Origin: an uncultured Pleurocapsa sp.
GTDB lineage: Bacteria > Cyanobacteriota > Cyanobacteriia > Cyanobacteriales > Xenococcaceae
NCBI GenBank assembly: GCA_965365755.1
Contig: CBDUCX010000001.1
Coordinates: 3,162 to 67,161 of the forward strand
DNA: 64,000 nt
Reading direction: 5' to 3'
The translations under genes and the position numbers were made by a program. This document shows, piece after piece, positions 31,361 to 42,484 of this stretch; within the stretch, counting starts at the first letter, position 1; each line of letters opens with the position of its first letter. The notes under the pieces are model-generated. The model saw only the letters and a program-made list of their open reading frames with translations. It had not been told where the DNA came from and did no database searches.

Positions 31361-31576
31361 CTATTCTCCTTTTGCAGCAGCGATTTCGCGCTCGCGTTCT
31401 ACGGTTAATAGCTGCGCCAACCGGTGCTTGGCGTGCTTAAACAGATGAGGTTTTTCTAGACGGCGAGTTGCTTGCTCTAGTCTTAACTGAAACAATTCTC
31501 GTTTGACCGCTAAAATTTCTTCTGCCAGTTCATCTTCACCAAGCTTTCTGGCATCTTCGATCTTGGGTAAAGCCAT
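31361..31576 (-). CDS. rpmC: 50S ribosomal protein L29
   Basis: ELFQLR..QAT motif and operon position. Confidence 0.93.
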   Translation of the reverse strand: MALPKIEDARKLGEDELAEEILAVKRELFQLRLEQATRRLEKPHLFKHAKHRLAQLLTVEREREIAAAKGE

Positions 31577-31578
31577 AA

Positions 31579-31998
31579 TTACTTATAATCCTCGTCACGA
31601 GTGATAAATTTAGTCTTAATTGGTAGTTTTTGGGCAGCTAAACGCATTGCCTCCTTGGCTACCTCTTCAGGAACACCAGCCATTTCAAACATAATTCTGC
31701 CTGGCTTAACCACCGCGACCCAAAATTCAGGTGAGCCTTTACCAGAACCCATCCGAGTTTCCGCAGGACGCATAGTTACAGGCTTATCAGGGAAAATCCG
31801 AATCCAGATTTTTCCTCCCCGTTTGACATAGCGAGTCATCGCTCGACGGGCGGCTTCTATTTGGCGGGAAGTGATCCAGGAAGGTTCGATCGCCTGGAGG
31901 GCATAATCGCCAAAATTGAGAGTACTGCCGCGATAAGCCATCCCCCTCATGCGACCGCGATGTTGTTTACGATATTTCGTTCTTCTGGGACTAAGCAT
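31579..31998 (-). CDS. rplP: 50S ribosomal protein L16
   Basis: RMGSGKG motif. Confidence 0.97.
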   Translation of the reverse strand: MLSPRRTKYRKQHRGRMRGMAYRGSTLNFGDYALQAIEPSWITSRQIEAARRAMTRYVKRGGKIWIRIFPDKPVTMRPAETRMGSGKGSPEFWVAVVKPGRIMFEMAGVPEEVAKEAMRLAAQKLPIKTKFITRDEDYK

Positions 31999-32035
31999 AA
32001 TAGTATTATTTTGCGTTTAGAAGTCTTGATAATAA

Positions 32036-32749
32036 TTACTCTGAGCGATCGTCGAATTTTTGACGACGGCGCTGACGACGAGGAGCTTGAGTCGGTGCTG
32101 GCGCTTCTTCCTGTCCAGGAATAATTTCGCCTTTGAATACCCAAACTTTAACTCCCAGAATGCCGTAGATCGTCAAAGCAGTACGATAAGAGTAATCAAT
32201 GTCGGCCCTCAGGGTATGTAGTGGGACTCGACCTTCCCTAACCCATTCTGTACGAGCAATTTCTGCCCCATTTAAGCGACCACTAACCTGGATTTTGATG
32301 CCCAAAACTTCGGCTCTTTGCGCTCTTTGAATTGCCTGCCGCACCACTCGACGAAAAGAAACTCTTCGCTCTAGCTGTTGACAGATATATTCAGCAATTA
32401 AAGCGGCATCGGCATCAACACGAGATACTTCGATTACGTTGATGCGAATTTGACGACCATTACCGACTTTAGATTGGAGTTCGGTACGCAGTTTTTCAAT
32501 TCCTGAACCACCTCGACCCACAACTACTCCTGGTCTAGCGGTATGAATTGCCAAATCAATTTGATCTGCTTTACGTTCAATTTTGACTTGAGAAATACCT
32601 GCATTACTCAATTCTTTATTGACATATTCTCGGATCAGACGATCTTCTTGTAATAGTTCTGGGTAGCGTTTAGTGTCTGCATACCAGCAAGATTGGTGTT
32701 CTTTGGTGATCCCTAAACGAAAACCCGTCGGGTGTATCTTTTGTCCCAC
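32036..32749 (-). CDS. rpsC: 30S ribosomal protein S3
   Basis: GQKIHP.GFRLG and [11 protein letters not shown] motifs. Confidence 0.97.
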   Translation of the reverse strand: MGQKIHPTGFRLGITKEHQSCWYADTKRYPELLQEDRLIREYVNKELSNAGISQVKIERKADQIDLAIHTARPGVVVGRGGSGIEKLRTELQSKVGNGRQIRINVIEVSRVDADAALIAEYICQQLERRVSFRRVVRQAIQRAQRAEVLGIKIQVSGRLNGAEIARTEWVREGRVPLHTLRADIDYSYRTALTIYGILGVKVWVFKGEIIPGQEEAPAPTQAPRRQRRRQKFDDRSE

Positions 32750-32783
32750 AAATGTTTCCTCGTAATAGTAATTAATTAAACTT

Positions 32784-33143
32784 CTAATCGGTTACTTCAG
32801 GAGCGACAGCCACAGTAATGTGACAGGTCGGCTTACGAATTTGATAAGCTCGACCTTGCGCTCTAGGACGATAACGTTTGAGAACGGGCCCACCATCAGC
32901 AAAAGCTTTGCTAATTACCAAAGTTGCAGGGTCTAACCCATTATTATGTTCTGCATTAGCCACAGCCGACCTCAATGCTTTGAGGATGGGACCGCAAGCT
33001 TTATAAGGCATGAATTCGAGAATAATTAAAGCTTCTCGATATTGACGACCGCGAATTTGGTCTAATACCCGTCTCACCTTAAAAGGAGACATACGGATGT
33101 ATCTGGCGATCGCTTTTACTTCGTTACTTGTATCTATTGCCAT
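32784..33143 (-). CDS. rplV: 50S ribosomal protein L22
   Basis: RMSP.KVRRV and PRAQGRA motifs. Confidence 0.97.
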   Translation of the reverse strand: MAIDTSNEVKAIARYIRMSPFKVRRVLDQIRGRQYREALIILEFMPYKACGPILKALRSAVANAEHNNGLDPATLVISKAFADGGPVLKRYRPRAQGRAYQIRKPTCHITVAVAPEVTD

Positions 33144-33158
33144 AGTAGTATATACGAT

Positions 33159-33437
33159 CTAGCGCCTCCCTTTCTTGTCGCTTTTAGCATGACCCCTAAA
33201 AGTACGGGTAGGAGCAAATTCTCCTAGTTTGTGACCGACCATTTGATCGCTAATGAACACAGGAATGTGTTGGCGACCGTTATGTACGGCGATGGTATGT
33301 CCTACCATTAAGGGCAAAATAGTTGAGGCTCTAGACCAAGTTTTGATTACTTCTTTCTTGTTATTAGCATTCAACCTTTCAATTTTTTTGAGTAGGCTAT
33401 CGGCGATAAAGGGCCCTTTTTTTAAAGAACGACTCAT
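33159..33437 (-). CDS. rpsS: 30S ribosomal protein S19
   Basis: RSLKKGPF and [10 protein letters not shown] motifs. Confidence 0.97.
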   Translation of the reverse strand: MSRSLKKGPFIADSLLKKIERLNANNKKEVIKTWSRASTILPLMVGHTIAVHNGRQHIPVFISDQMVGHKLGEFAPTRTFRGHAKSDKKGRR

Positions 33438-33472
33438 AATTTTAGAATCAGTTTTGTAAGATCAACGATGAA

Positions 33473-34300
33473 TTAACGACGGCGACGAACGATTAGCCTA
33501 TCGCTAGGCTTATTTTTCTTGCGAGTTTTCTTCCCTAACGCTGGCTTACCCCAAGGAGATACAGGGCCACTTCTCCCAATAGGAGCGCGTCCTTCACCAC
33601 CACCATGAGGGTGATCACAGGGGTTCATCGCACTACCACGCACTTCTGGTCTTCTACCTAGGTGGCGCATTCTTCCTGCTTTACCCAGTTTCAGGTTGCG
33701 ATACTCAACATTGCCCACCTGTCCAATCGTGGCGTAACATTCTTTACGCACCATTCTCACTTCTTTGGAAGGTAGACCAATGGTTACGTAGTCACCTTCT
33801 TTGGCCATCACCTTAGCCGCAGCACCAGCAGCACGAACAATCTGACCGCCTTTTCCCGCTACCAATTCCACGTTATGAACTGTCTCGCCCAAGGGCATTT
33901 TGCTCAAAGGGAGGGCATTTCCTACTTCGATTGGTGCATCAGGGCTGGCGATAATTGGCGTACCAACTTTCATGCCCACAGCAGCTAAGATATAGCGTTT
34001 TTCGCCATCTTCGTACTGAACTAAGGCAATACGAGCATTACGGTTAGGATCGTATTCAATTGCAATTACTTCTGCGGGAATATTACGTTTATCACGACGA
34101 AAATCGATGATTCGGTAAAGACGTTTGTGCCCCCCTCCACGACGACGACTAGTGATTACACCACGGTTGTTACGACCTTTCTTACGGTGCTTGTATTTAG
34201 TTAAAGATTTTTCTGGCTTACTTTTAGTAATTTCCGAAAAATCGGGGACTACTGCTTGGCGAGTCCCTGGTGTGTATGGTCTAAATGAACGAGTACCCAT
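33473..34300 (-). CDS. rplB: 50S ribosomal protein L2
   Basis: EYDPNRNA and DHPHGGGEG motifs. Confidence 0.97.
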   Translation of the reverse strand: MGTRSFRPYTPGTRQAVVPDFSEITKSKPEKSLTKYKHRKKGRNNRGVITSRRRGGGHKRLYRIIDFRRDKRNIPAEVIAIEYDPNRNARIALVQYEDGEKRYILAAVGMKVGTPIIASPDAPIEVGNALPLSKMPLGETVHNVELVAGKGGQIVRAAGAAAKVMAKEGDYVTIGLPSKEVRMVRKECYATIGQVGNVEYRNLKLGKAGRMRHLGRRPEVRGSAMNPCDHPHGGGEGRAPIGRSGPVSPWGKPALGKKTRKKNKPSDRLIVRRRR

Positions 34301-34336
34301 AATTTGCTCTGGTTAGCTTTTTCGAGTTCGAGTTTG

Positions 34337-34645
34337 TTATACGTCAGGGAACAAGGCAATGGAATCACCTTCTTTTAAAGTTACAATCGCTCTTTTGTAC
34401 TGAGCCTTGTAACCAATGAATCTCCCAACACGACGTTTTTTGCGAGGTAGAGTTAAAGTGTTTACTTTGGTTACGGTGACATCAAATAGGCTTTCAACCG
34501 CTGCTTTAATATCTGGCTTGGTAGCTTTAGGCAGTACATCAAATACGTACTTACCAAGCTCCATTTGAATTGTGCCTTTTTCGGTAATAATCGGTTTGAG
34601 GATTAAATCTGCTAAATCTCTCTCTTGATATTTAGTCTTCACCAT
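34337..34645 (-). CDS. rplW: 50S ribosomal protein L23
   Basis: PIITEK and KRAIVTL motifs. Start placed at ATG 34645, overlapping the rplD stop. Confidence 0.95.
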   Translation of the reverse strand: MVKTKYQERDLADLILKPIITEKGTIQMELGKYVFDVLPKATKPDIKAAVESLFDVTVTKVNTLTLPRKKRRVGRFIGYKAQYKRAIVTLKEGDSIALFPDV

Positions 34646-35267
34646 AAACCTCCTGAATCTGTGATAAAGCGTCTTGGCTAACGACAATTTTGTTAGCGTG
34701 CAGGATATCCGCCACATTAAGATTAGTCGCCTTGATCAATTTGACAAGTGCGATGTTGCGCGTAGACAAGTTGACGTTATCGGAAACTTCTTTGAGAATC
34801 AACAACACTTTTTCCTCAGGCGAGACACCCCAACGTTCTAATGCTGCGATAACTTCTTTCGTCTTGGGACGTTCTAGTTCAGCAGCGAAGTTCTCTACCA
34901 CAATCATGTCTTCAACACGAGCGCTAAAGGCAGTCCTCAATGCCAAGCGTCTTTCTTTGCGGTTCATTTTAGTGCTGTAGTCTCTAGGCTTAGGCCCAAA
35001 GATGACACCACCACCACGCCATAGGGGAGAACGAATCGAACCAGCACGAGCGCGACCAGTTCCTTTTTGTCTCCAGGGTTTGCGTCCACCACCACGAACT
35101 TCGGAGCGAGTTTTAGTAGAAGCTGTACCTTGACGAGCGTTATTTAATTGACGAACTAATGCTCTGTGAACAATATGTTCAGCATTTTCTGCTTTGGCTA
35201 CTTTTAGTTCCAGGGTTGCCTCGCCAGCATCTTCCCCCTGCCAATTTTTGACTACACAATTAACCAT
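34632..35267 (-). CDS. rplD: 50S ribosomal protein L4
   Basis: [15 protein letters not shown] motif. Confidence 0.97.
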   Translation of the reverse strand: MVNCVVKNWQGEDAGEATLELKVAKAENAEHIVHRALVRQLNNARQGTASTKTRSEVRGGGRKPWRQKGTGRARAGSIRSPLWRGGGVIFGPKPRDYSTKMNRKERRLALRTAFSARVEDMIVVENFAAELERPKTKEVIAALERWGVSPEEKVLLILKEVSDNVNLSTRNIALVKLIKATNLNVADILHANKIVVSQDALSQIQEVYGED

Positions 35268-35320
35268 AGTTATTTGTTTGTTATCTATCTATCTGTTTTT
35301 AAATAACCAACAAGTTGCGA

Positions 35321-35962
35321 TTACTGTCCAACAATGTTGCTGGGAGAAATACTGAGCAGAGTTCCAGGTTTTCCTGGTACTGCACCCTTGATCAGCAACA
35401 AATTTTGTTCTGCATCAACTTTGACAACTTTTAGCTTGCGAGTAGTTACCTGTTTTCCGCCATAGCGTCCCGCCATTTTCTTACCAGGATAAGTACGACC
35501 AGGAGTAGTACCCGCACCAGTAGAACCAGGAGCACGGTGGTTTTTAGAACCGTGACTCATCAAGCCTCGTTTGAAATTATGCCTTTTCTGATAACCAGCA
35601 AAACCGCGACCCATTGTTTTGCCGCTAATATCTACGGTAGCGTCGGTGTTGAAAATCTCAGCAATGTCTAGAGCCTTGCCTAGTTCATAACTTGCTGTAT
35701 CTTCAAGGCGATACTCTTTCAGATGACGTACAGGACTGGCTCCTGCTTTGCTTAAATGACCAAGTTCAGGCTTGGATAAAGCTTTTTCTTTGACTTCACC
35801 ATAGCCAATTTGAATCGAACTATAGCCGTCTGTTTCTTTAGTTTTGATTTGGGTCACGACACAAGGTCCAGCTTGAACCACGGTTACAGGAATAACGTTT
35901 CCTGTTTCCTGGTCAAAAACTTGGGTCATGCCTAATTTAGTGCCAAGAATGCCGACAGACAC
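35321..35962 (-). CDS. rplC: 50S ribosomal protein L3
   Basis: G.KLGMTQ, GRGFAG and KMAGRYG motifs. Confidence 0.97.
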   Translation of the reverse strand: MSVGILGTKLGMTQVFDQETGNVIPVTVVQAGPCVVTQIKTKETDGYSSIQIGYGEVKEKALSKPELGHLSKAGASPVRHLKEYRLEDTASYELGKALDIAEIFNTDATVDISGKTMGRGFAGYQKRHNFKRGLMSHGSKNHRAPGSTGAGTTPGRTYPGKKMAGRYGGKQVTTRKLKVVKVDAEQNLLLIKGAVPGKPGTLLSISPSNIVGQ

Positions 35963-36636
35963 GAGTTTTAGCTCCTCTATAATTGCAACACAATAAACCT
36001 TAGTTCTGTTTCCAGAAACTTTGGGTTGAGTGATTCACCTGCTGACTGACAAAAAATAACCATCTTGCAGAGGTTTGTGCTAGTTTGCGATCGCAGATTG
36101 CTTGTACTCAAATGGGTATACCCTTCGGTTAATCGCAGATCTCGACAATCGAAAACCAGCTAAAACTACTCTTTACAAGATGCAAAGCAGCAAATATATA
36201 TATTTTTCTAAGATTTACGGCTAGATCCAGACTTGGCTGTCTCTATGTACAATTACCTTGACCCTCAAAGACTTAAAGAAATAAATTCCTCAGTTTCTTA
36301 CGAGGAGGTAGCAAATCCTAATAATATTCTCACTTACCCCATAACAAGTTTGTTTTATCTTTTGTAAAAACTCCCTTATTTAGTCTTTAGAATTCAATCT
36401 ATTTACTACGGGGGATGATTTAGATTTTTACATCTACTATATCTATAAGGTGAGATTTGCCAGTTTTAACCACAATCACTAATGATACATGATTAACCGT
36501 GGTTCTGACAAGAATATTTTTTTACAATTTGGGAAATGACTCGTACAAAGTTAGGTTAGAACAAGAAGTATATTAGGCTCGAAAGTAACAAGTAACAACT
36601 TCCTGGCACAATTATGTATTGTTAGATCATTGCAGA

Positions 36637-37239
36637 TCACCAAATTTTTGCTAAGTCCAGTACAAAACCTGACAAAAGAGGATCGCCATTAATAGTTAAA
36701 GGATTATCTAAGCACTGGACATCATGATCCTGAGTGTAGATATAAACTTGGCGAGTAGTGCGATCAATCAACCAGCCAAGAGATGCACCACACTCAATAT
36801 ACTCTTGCATTTTATCCTGAAGTACTGACAAGCTATCACTGGGAGACTTGAGTTCCACTACAAAGTCAGGACAGATGGGAGCAAACTTAGTTTTTTGTGC
36901 AGCAGAAAGACTGTTCCATCGGGTTAATTTAATCCAGCTAGCATCAGGAGATCTGGTTGCGCCATTGGGTAAAATAAAGCCCGCTGAGGAATCGAATTCT
37001 ATTCCTGAAGCATCTTGATCTGTCCAATTGGCTAATTGCTGCATTAATTTGGCGTTACGATTGCCTGTTTCTGAACCTGCGGGAGACATGATAATGAGTT
37101 TTCCTGTGGCGTTGCGTTCAATGCGAAGATGGGAGTTAAGCTGACAAAAATCAAAAAAACTATCCGCACTCATTTCTAATACAGGAGACATCTGCAACAC
37201 TAAATAATTATCGTTTTGGGGTGCAGTGGATAAAGTCAT
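36637..37239 (-). CDS. Uma2 family (DUF820) putative endonuclease
   Basis: RSPDASW, PDFVVELKSPSD and LGWLID motifs. Confidence 0.92.
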   Translation of the reverse strand: MTLSTAPQNDNYLVLQMSPVLEMSADSFFDFCQLNSHLRIERNATGKLIIMSPAGSETGNRNAKLMQQLANWTDQDASGIEFDSSAGFILPNGATRSPDASWIKLTRWNSLSAAQKTKFAPICPDFVVELKSPSDSLSVLQDKMQEYIECGASLGWLIDRTTRQVYIYTQDHDVQCLDNPLTINGDPLLSGFVLDLAKIW

Positions 37240-37283
37240 AGATCAATACTAGGTATCTAGTTTCAATTATAGAATGGGTCTTG

Positions 37284-37329
37284 ATCTTTAAAGCGATTAC
37301 GCGCCCCATAGCTTTGGAAGCGTCGAATA
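37284..37329. repeat. REP-like hairpin repeat (reverse copy of the 14507-14544 element)
   Basis: Reverse complement ..CTATGGGGCGCGTAATCGCT matches ..CTACGGGTCGCGTAATCGCT at 14524-14543. Confidence 0.6.
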
Positions 37330-37370
37330 AACTACTCTCCTAGAGTAGTAAAGTAATAACATTGATTTTG

Positions 37371-37398
37371 TGTACAATAAGTACGTGTTTTTGTACAA
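37371..37398. promoter_or_regulatory. Candidate VapB operator: two TGTACA palindromes
   Basis: TGTACA at 37371 and TTGTACAA at 37391, 20-50 bp upstream of the antitoxin start. Confidence 0.45.
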
Positions 37399-37418
37399 GG
37401 TATGTATGCAATTAAACA

Positions 37419-37631
37419 ATGAAAACTAATATTGATTTAGATGATCGTCTTGTAGAACAAGCTTTTGCCTTAACAGGATTAAGAACAAAAAAAGAATTAG
37501 TTAATTTTGCTTTAGCCGAATTAGTTAAAAGAGGCGAAAAAAAAGACTTATTAGATCTTGCTGGTGAAATCGAGTTTATTCAAGATTTTAATACAGATAC
37601 AGTAAGAAGTAATCGATATGTTATTGATTGA
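37419..37631 (+). CDS. vapB: VapB-type antitoxin (DUF2191-like)
   Basis: MKTNIDLDD.L...A..LTG..TK.ELVN.AL; overlaps the PIN toxin gene. Confidence 0.85.
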   Translation: MKTNIDLDDRLVEQAFALTGLRTKKELVNFALAELVKRGEKKDLLDLAGEIEFIQDFNTDTVRSNRYVID

Positions 37632-38019
37632 TACTTCAATTTGGATTGAGGTTTTACGAGACAAATCAAAAGTAAAAGCAACTAGACTTAAAACAATTAT
37701 TGCTGATCGCAATTATTATTTGCCTATTTTTACCAAAATGGAGCTTTTGCAAGGATGTAAAAATGAAGCAGAATGGGACAAGATTAGTCTATATTTAGAA
37801 AATCAAAATTATTTTCAGCCTAACTACAATTCTATCTGGGAAAATTCAGCAAGATTGTATTTTGAACTGAGACGTAAAGGAATTACTATTCGTAGTAATA
37901 TTGATTGTGCGATCGCTATTATTGCCATCGAAAATAATTTAACTCTTTATCATCTTGATCGAGATTTTGAAATGATTGCCAAACACACTGTTCTCAAACA
38001 ACAAAAAATTAATTTATAA
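37618..38019 (+). CDS. vapC: VapC PIN-domain toxin
   Basis: LLIDTSIW, ELLQG, DCAIA and HLDRDF acidic PIN residues. Confidence 0.92.
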   Translation: MLLIDTSIWIEVLRDKSKVKATRLKTIIADRNYYLPIFTKMELLQGCKNEAEWDKISLYLENQNYFQPNYNSIWENSARLYFELRRKGITIRSNIDCAIAIIAIENNLTLYHLDRDFEMIAKHTVLKQQKINL

Positions 38020-38299
38020 AACTTATTAACAATATTTTTTCCTACTCTGTTTCACCTTAGGATTAGATTAGTAGATAAATAATCTGAAATGCGATCGCCC
38101 TCCATGAAAAATATCGTAATTCAGCAATTGACTGAGAAGAGTACTGCCGTTCTCGAACAAGTTGAGTCGGATATGGAACAAAAAACCGAGAAGTTAATTT
38201 TTCTATTTCTAGAAGAGGAACTATAGCGATTCGGAATTTCAATATTTCAATTTCGGTGAGCTATAATCTGAGTGGATTCTGTAGTTAATAATTATAGAT

Positions 38300-38494
38300 A
38301 TGCCACAATTCTTTGCTTTTGTACTATTGGTCGTTTACGTCGGTGGAATTTGGAAGTTTTTATCTGGCTACCGTCTCACCAGCTTTAATCCCCGTTTGCC
38401 TGAGCGCATTACTCTGGCGCTGTTATGGCCAGTTTTACTGATTGGCAATAAATCTTATCGTCGCAATTTTCGCAAGGCTTTAAAAGGCAAGTAA
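38300..38494 (+). CDS. Small conserved hypothetical membrane protein
   Basis: 64 aa with two hydrophobic segments (..GGIWKF..; LALLWPVL) and a basic tail. Confidence 0.6.
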   Translation: MPQFFAFVLLVVYVGGIWKFLSGYRLTSFNPRLPERITLALLWPVLLIGNKSYRRNFRKALKGK

Positions 38495-38529
38495 AGAAGG
38501 CTAAAGAAAGAAATTTTGAGCGATTATTA

Positions 38530-39309
38530 ATGGACGGGAAAGTTTGGTTGATCGGTGGAACCAGTGAGAGTGTAACTATAGCTCAAACATTTACTGCTAA
38601 TCACGTACCCTTCATTATTACTGTAACTACGACTACTGCTCAATCTCTCTATTCTAATGCTGAAGTTGTGATTGGGCGTATGGACATGGCAAGAATGGGA
38701 TCTTTTTGCTGTGAGCACAAAATTGTCACGGTAATTGATGCTTCCCATCCCTATGCAGTTAAAGTTTCTCGTCAGGCGATCGCCATTACTACTCAACTGG
38801 GTATTCCTTATTTACGTTATGAAAGAGCTAATTGTCCAGGGGCAACTGCTGCACCAGAAAACTCTTTGATCATTGAATTGGATAGTTTTGATTGCCTTCT
38901 GTCAGGTGATTATCTCAGCCACCAAAGAGTACTATTAACTGTTGGTTGTCAAACATTACCCCGATTCCAATCTTGGCATAGTAAATCTACCCTGTTTGCC
39001 AGAATCTTACCCCAAGTAGCATCTTTAGAAACTGCTTTAAATGCTGGATTTACTAGCGATCGCTTGATTGCCCTCCGTCCTCCCATTAACGCGGCAATGG
39101 AAACTGCTTTATGGCAACAGTGGCAAATATCATTAGTTGTGACCAAAGCGTCGGGTCAGGCAGGAGGGGAAGATGTTAAACGCGATGTAGCAGTTAACTT
39201 AGGAATTCCCTTAATTATCGTTGCTCGTCCCCAAATTATTTATCCCCAACAAACTTCAGTATTGTCAGAAACTATCGCTTTTTGTAAATCATCCTTAAAG
39301 AGGACTTAA
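38530..39309 (+). CDS. cobK: Precorrin-6A/cobalt-precorrin-6A reductase
   Basis: WLIGGTSE, IDASHP.A, YLRYER and VVTKASG..GG motifs. Confidence 0.93.
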   Translation: MDGKVWLIGGTSESVTIAQTFTANHVPFIITVTTTTAQSLYSNAEVVIGRMDMARMGSFCCEHKIVTVIDASHPYAVKVSRQAIAITTQLGIPYLRYERANCPGATAAPENSLIIELDSFDCLLSGDYLSHQRVLLTVGCQTLPRFQSWHSKSTLFARILPQVASLETALNAGFTSDRLIALRPPINAAMETALWQQWQISLVVTKASGQAGGEDVKRDVAVNLGIPLIIVARPQIIYPQQTSVLSETIAFCKSSLKRT

Positions 39310-39389
39310 CCGAGAAGTATTGATCAGTGAGCGAAAATATTTGTGAGAAATCCTAACACTATTGATTGACAAACTATTAGGATGTAAGG

Positions 39390-40508
39390 GTGATGCAAGT
39401 TTATCCCTTATACTCATTAATCGAAGGTAGCTGGTTCAAGTTAATTTGTGGGGCTAGCTATCAACATCTTCCTGCGGTTCGTAGTTTGGCTTTAGCATAT
39501 AGTTTAGCTGGTGCTGATTGCATTGACGTAGCCGCTGATCCTGCTGTAATTGCTGCTGCCCAGGAGGGGATCGCCGCAGCACAAAAATTAGCACCTGAAT
39601 TATCTGAATTAATAACTGCCAAACAACCAAGTACGTTGCCCTGGTTAATGGTAAGTATTAATGATGGAGAAGATCCACATTTTCGTAAAGCAAAGTTTGA
39701 TGCAACTCAATGTCCCCCTGATTGCCCCCAACCCTGTGTCCAAGTATGTCCTGCTGATGCGATAAAATTCAGTTCAGGAGGAGTTGTAGATCGTTTATGC
39801 TATGGATGTGGTCGCTGTGTACCAATTTGTCCCCAAGAGTTGATCACTACCCAGGCTCATCAATCGAGCTTAGGAGAAATCATACCTTGGATTGAATCAA
39901 GTTTGGTAAATGCCTTAGAAATTCACACTCAAGTTGGTCATTATGATGATTTTAAACGGGTGTGGCAAGAAGTTTTACCAGTAATTAAGCAGCTCAAATT
40001 ATTAGCCATTAGCTGTACTGATGCACCGAATGCGATCGCTTATTTGCGATCGCTTTATGAATTGATTACTCCTCTGCCTTGCACTTTAATCTGGCAAACG
40101 GACGGACGTTCCATGAGTGGCGATATCGGCAAAGGCACAACCCATGCAGCGATCGCTTTTGCCCAAAAGGTTTTGCGTGCAAAATTGCCGGGATATATTC
40201 AACTAGCAGGAGGGACAAACGACTATACGGTGGACAAACTTAAGCAGTCCAAAATGTTACGCCAACATAATTCACCTAAAGCTAAGTCTGTTGCAGGGGT
40301 GGCATATGGTAGTTATGCTCGTGCTGTCCTGTCGCCAATATTAAACCAGTTAGAAATAACTCAACTGCAACCAAATCAATTTAATTCCACTATAAATCAG
40401 CCAATGAATCAGCTTAATTTAAAGCTAGAACAAGACAAGGCACTACTAGAGCAAGCTGTAAATACAGCTAGTTTGCTGGTAAATCAAATCAAAACAGCTA
40501 AACGCTAA
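39390..40508 (+). CDS. ldpA: Light-dependent period modulator LdpA (2x 4Fe-4S)
   Basis: WFKLICGAS, C..PC..VCP and CYGCGRC..ICP clusters; QLAGGTN motif. Confidence 0.92.
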   Translation: MMQVYPLYSLIEGSWFKLICGASYQHLPAVRSLALAYSLAGADCIDVAADPAVIAAAQEGIAAAQKLAPELSELITAKQPSTLPWLMVSINDGEDPHFRKAKFDATQCPPDCPQPCVQVCPADAIKFSSGGVVDRLCYGCGRCVPICPQELITTQAHQSSLGEIIPWIESSLVNALEIHTQVGHYDDFKRVWQEVLPVIKQLKLLAISCTDAPNAIAYLRSLYELITPLPCTLIWQTDGRSMSGDIGKGTTHAAIAFAQKVLRAKLPGYIQLAGGTNDYTVDKLKQSKMLRQHNSPKAKSVAGVAYGSYARAVLSPILNQLEITQLQPNQFNSTINQPMNQLNLKLEQDKALLEQAVNTASLLVNQIKTAKR

Positions 40509-40588
40509 AGACTTTGCCTTGTTTTCTTATAGAGCTTCCCAGGATTTGATAACTTATTCAATTTTTATTAACCAAATATATTTTTAGG

Positions 40589-42343
40589 ATGCAGTCAGAT
40601 ATAGCTTCTCATCGGATGCAAGTGACCGATAACCTAGACCAATTACTTACTATTTTTCCTGAATCGATTCGCTCGAAGTTAGATGAACAACTCCAGGATG
40701 ACAGTGATAACCTAATTGAGGTAGTTTTAGATTTAGGCAGACTACCAGAAGCCCGTTTTAGCGATCGCGTTACCTATATCCGCGATCAACCTGTCACCAA
40801 AGAGGAAATTCAGCACTGTATTGAGCGAGTGGGGATGTTTAGTAGTGATAACCGTGCTGGGATCGAACGGACGCTACACCGTATTAGTGCCATTCGTAAC
40901 CGTACTGGAGACATTATCGGTTTAACCTGTCGGATCGGTCGGGCGATTTTCGGCACGATTGTGATGATCCGTGATTTAGTGGAAACAGGACAGTCTATTT
41001 TGCTCCTAGGTCGCCCTGGGGTAGGGAAAACCACTGCTTTGAGGGAAATTGCCCGAGTTTTGGCTGATGACTTGGAAAAACGAGTGGTAATTATCGATAC
41101 TTCCAACGAAATTGCCGGAGATGGCGATGTTCCCCACCCAGCCATTGGTCGCGCTCGTCGGATGCAGGTGGCTCGTCCTGAGTTACAGCATCAGGTGATG
41201 ATTGAGGCGGTAGAAAATCATATGCCCGAAGTAATTGTCATTGACGAGATTGGTACAGAACTGGAGGCATTGGCAGCTAGAACCATTGCTGAACGGGGAG
41301 TACAGCTAGTAGGAACCGCCCATGGTAATACGGTGGAGAACTTAATTAAAAACCCTACTCTCTCGGATTTAGTCGGTGGCATTCAAAGCGTTACTTTGGG
41401 AGATGACGAAGCCCGCCGTAGAAGAACCCAGAAGACCGTCTTAGAACGCAAAGCACCACCCACCTTTGCGATCGCTGTAGAGATGCTGGAACGGCAACGT
41501 TGGGTCGTTCACGATGACGTATCAGCCACGATTGATACTTTGTTGCGTGGTATTGAACCACCCGCCCAGGTAAGAACAGTAGATGATAGTGGGGAGGTGA
41601 CTATTATTCATGAAGAATCAAAGTCCCCCTTCAAGCCCTTGCCTTCAAGAAATGCCAACGGTGTTACTCCTTTACATCCCCAAGGCTTAAGAGCATCAGG
41701 TAAAATGACCCCTGTATCTTTGAGTGCAAATCAGTCTAGCCGCAGTAATTCCGACTTTGAAACGATGTTAGAACGCTCTTGGCAGACCAAAGAACCCAAG
41801 AGCCGAAAAATACGTACTCCTGGCCCTAATGGAGAAGATTGGCCTGTATATATCTATGCCTATGGTATTGGTCGTTCTCAGATTGATCAGGTGATTGAGG
41901 TGCTGGATTTACCTGTGGTGTTAACTAAGGACTTAGACGAAGCAGATGCAGTAGTGGCATTGCGATCGCAAATTAAACACCATTCTAAACTGCGTTCCAT
42001 AGCTAAAGATCGTCATCTTCCCATCTATACGGTCAAATCTAACACTATTCCCCAGATTACTCGTATATTTAGGCAAATCCTCAACTTAGATGATCCTCAT
42101 ATTCCAGAACCGACAGATTTACGTCTGTTTAGTAAAGCAGGTAGCGACGACGAAATCGAAGCCTTGGAAGAAGCCCGCTTAGCAGTAGAACAAATTGTGA
42201 TTCCCCAGGGACAACCCGTAGAATTGCTCCCGCGATCGGCAAAAGTACGCAAAATGCAGCATGAGCTAATCGAACACTACCGTTTACAGTCTGATAGCTT
42301 CGGTGATGAGCCAAATCGCCGTTTAAGAATCTATCCTGCTTGA
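40589..42343 (+). CDS. Ycf45-like AAA ATPase with C-terminal R3H domain
   Basis: GRPGVGKTT, IDEIG and C-terminal R..QH..I..Y.L.S.S.G.EP.RR. Confidence 0.88.
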   Translation: MQSDIASHRMQVTDNLDQLLTIFPESIRSKLDEQLQDDSDNLIEVVLDLGRLPEARFSDRVTYIRDQPVTKEEIQHCIERVGMFSSDNRAGIERTLHRISAIRNRTGDIIGLTCRIGRAIFGTIVMIRDLVETGQSILLLGRPGVGKTTALREIARVLADDLEKRVVIIDTSNEIAGDGDVPHPAIGRARRMQVARPELQHQVMIEAVENHMPEVIVIDEIGTELEALAARTIAERGVQLVGTAHGNTVENLIKNPTLSDLVGGIQSVTLGDDEARRRRTQKTVLERKAPPTFAIAVEMLERQRWVVHDDVSATIDTLLRGIEPPAQVRTVDDSGEVTIIHEESKSPFKPLPSRNANGVTPLHPQGLRASGKMTPVSLSANQSSRSNSDFETMLERSWQTKEPKSRKIRTPGPNGEDWPVYIYAYGIGRSQIDQVIEVLDLPVVLTKDLDEADAVVALRSQIKHHSKLRSIAKDRHLPIYTVKSNTIPQITRIFRQILNLDDPHIPEPTDLRLFSKAGSDDEIEALEEARLAVEQIVIPQGQPVELLPRSAKVRKMQHELIEHYRLQSDSFGDEPNRRLRIYPA

Positions 42344-42397
42344 ACATAAACTTAACGAGGGAAACCTCCAGATGAGCGAAAAAATAAATGTGTGAGG

Positions 42398-42470
42398 ATT
42401 TGGGGATTTGGGGATTTAGGGACTTGAGGAATAATGATCTCCCTATCTCCCTACTTCCCTACTTCCCTCT
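42398..42470. repeat. Short G-rich / C-rich tandem repeats in inverted orientation (bidirectional terminator-like)
   Basis: GGATTTGGGGATTTGGGGATTTAGGGAC ... CTCCCTATCTCCCTACTTCCCTACTTCCCT between convergent genes. Confidence 0.6.
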
Positions 42471-42484
42471 AAGTGTTAAATATA

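Noticed and set aside
27296-35962. Absence of rpsJ, rpsN and rpmD from the S10/spc cluster
   Set aside because: Normal for cyanobacteria
38104-38226. 40-aa ORF MKNIVIQQLTEKSTAVLEQVESDMEQKTEKLIFLFLEEEL downstream of vapC
   Set aside because: No recognisable family or clear RBS; may be debris
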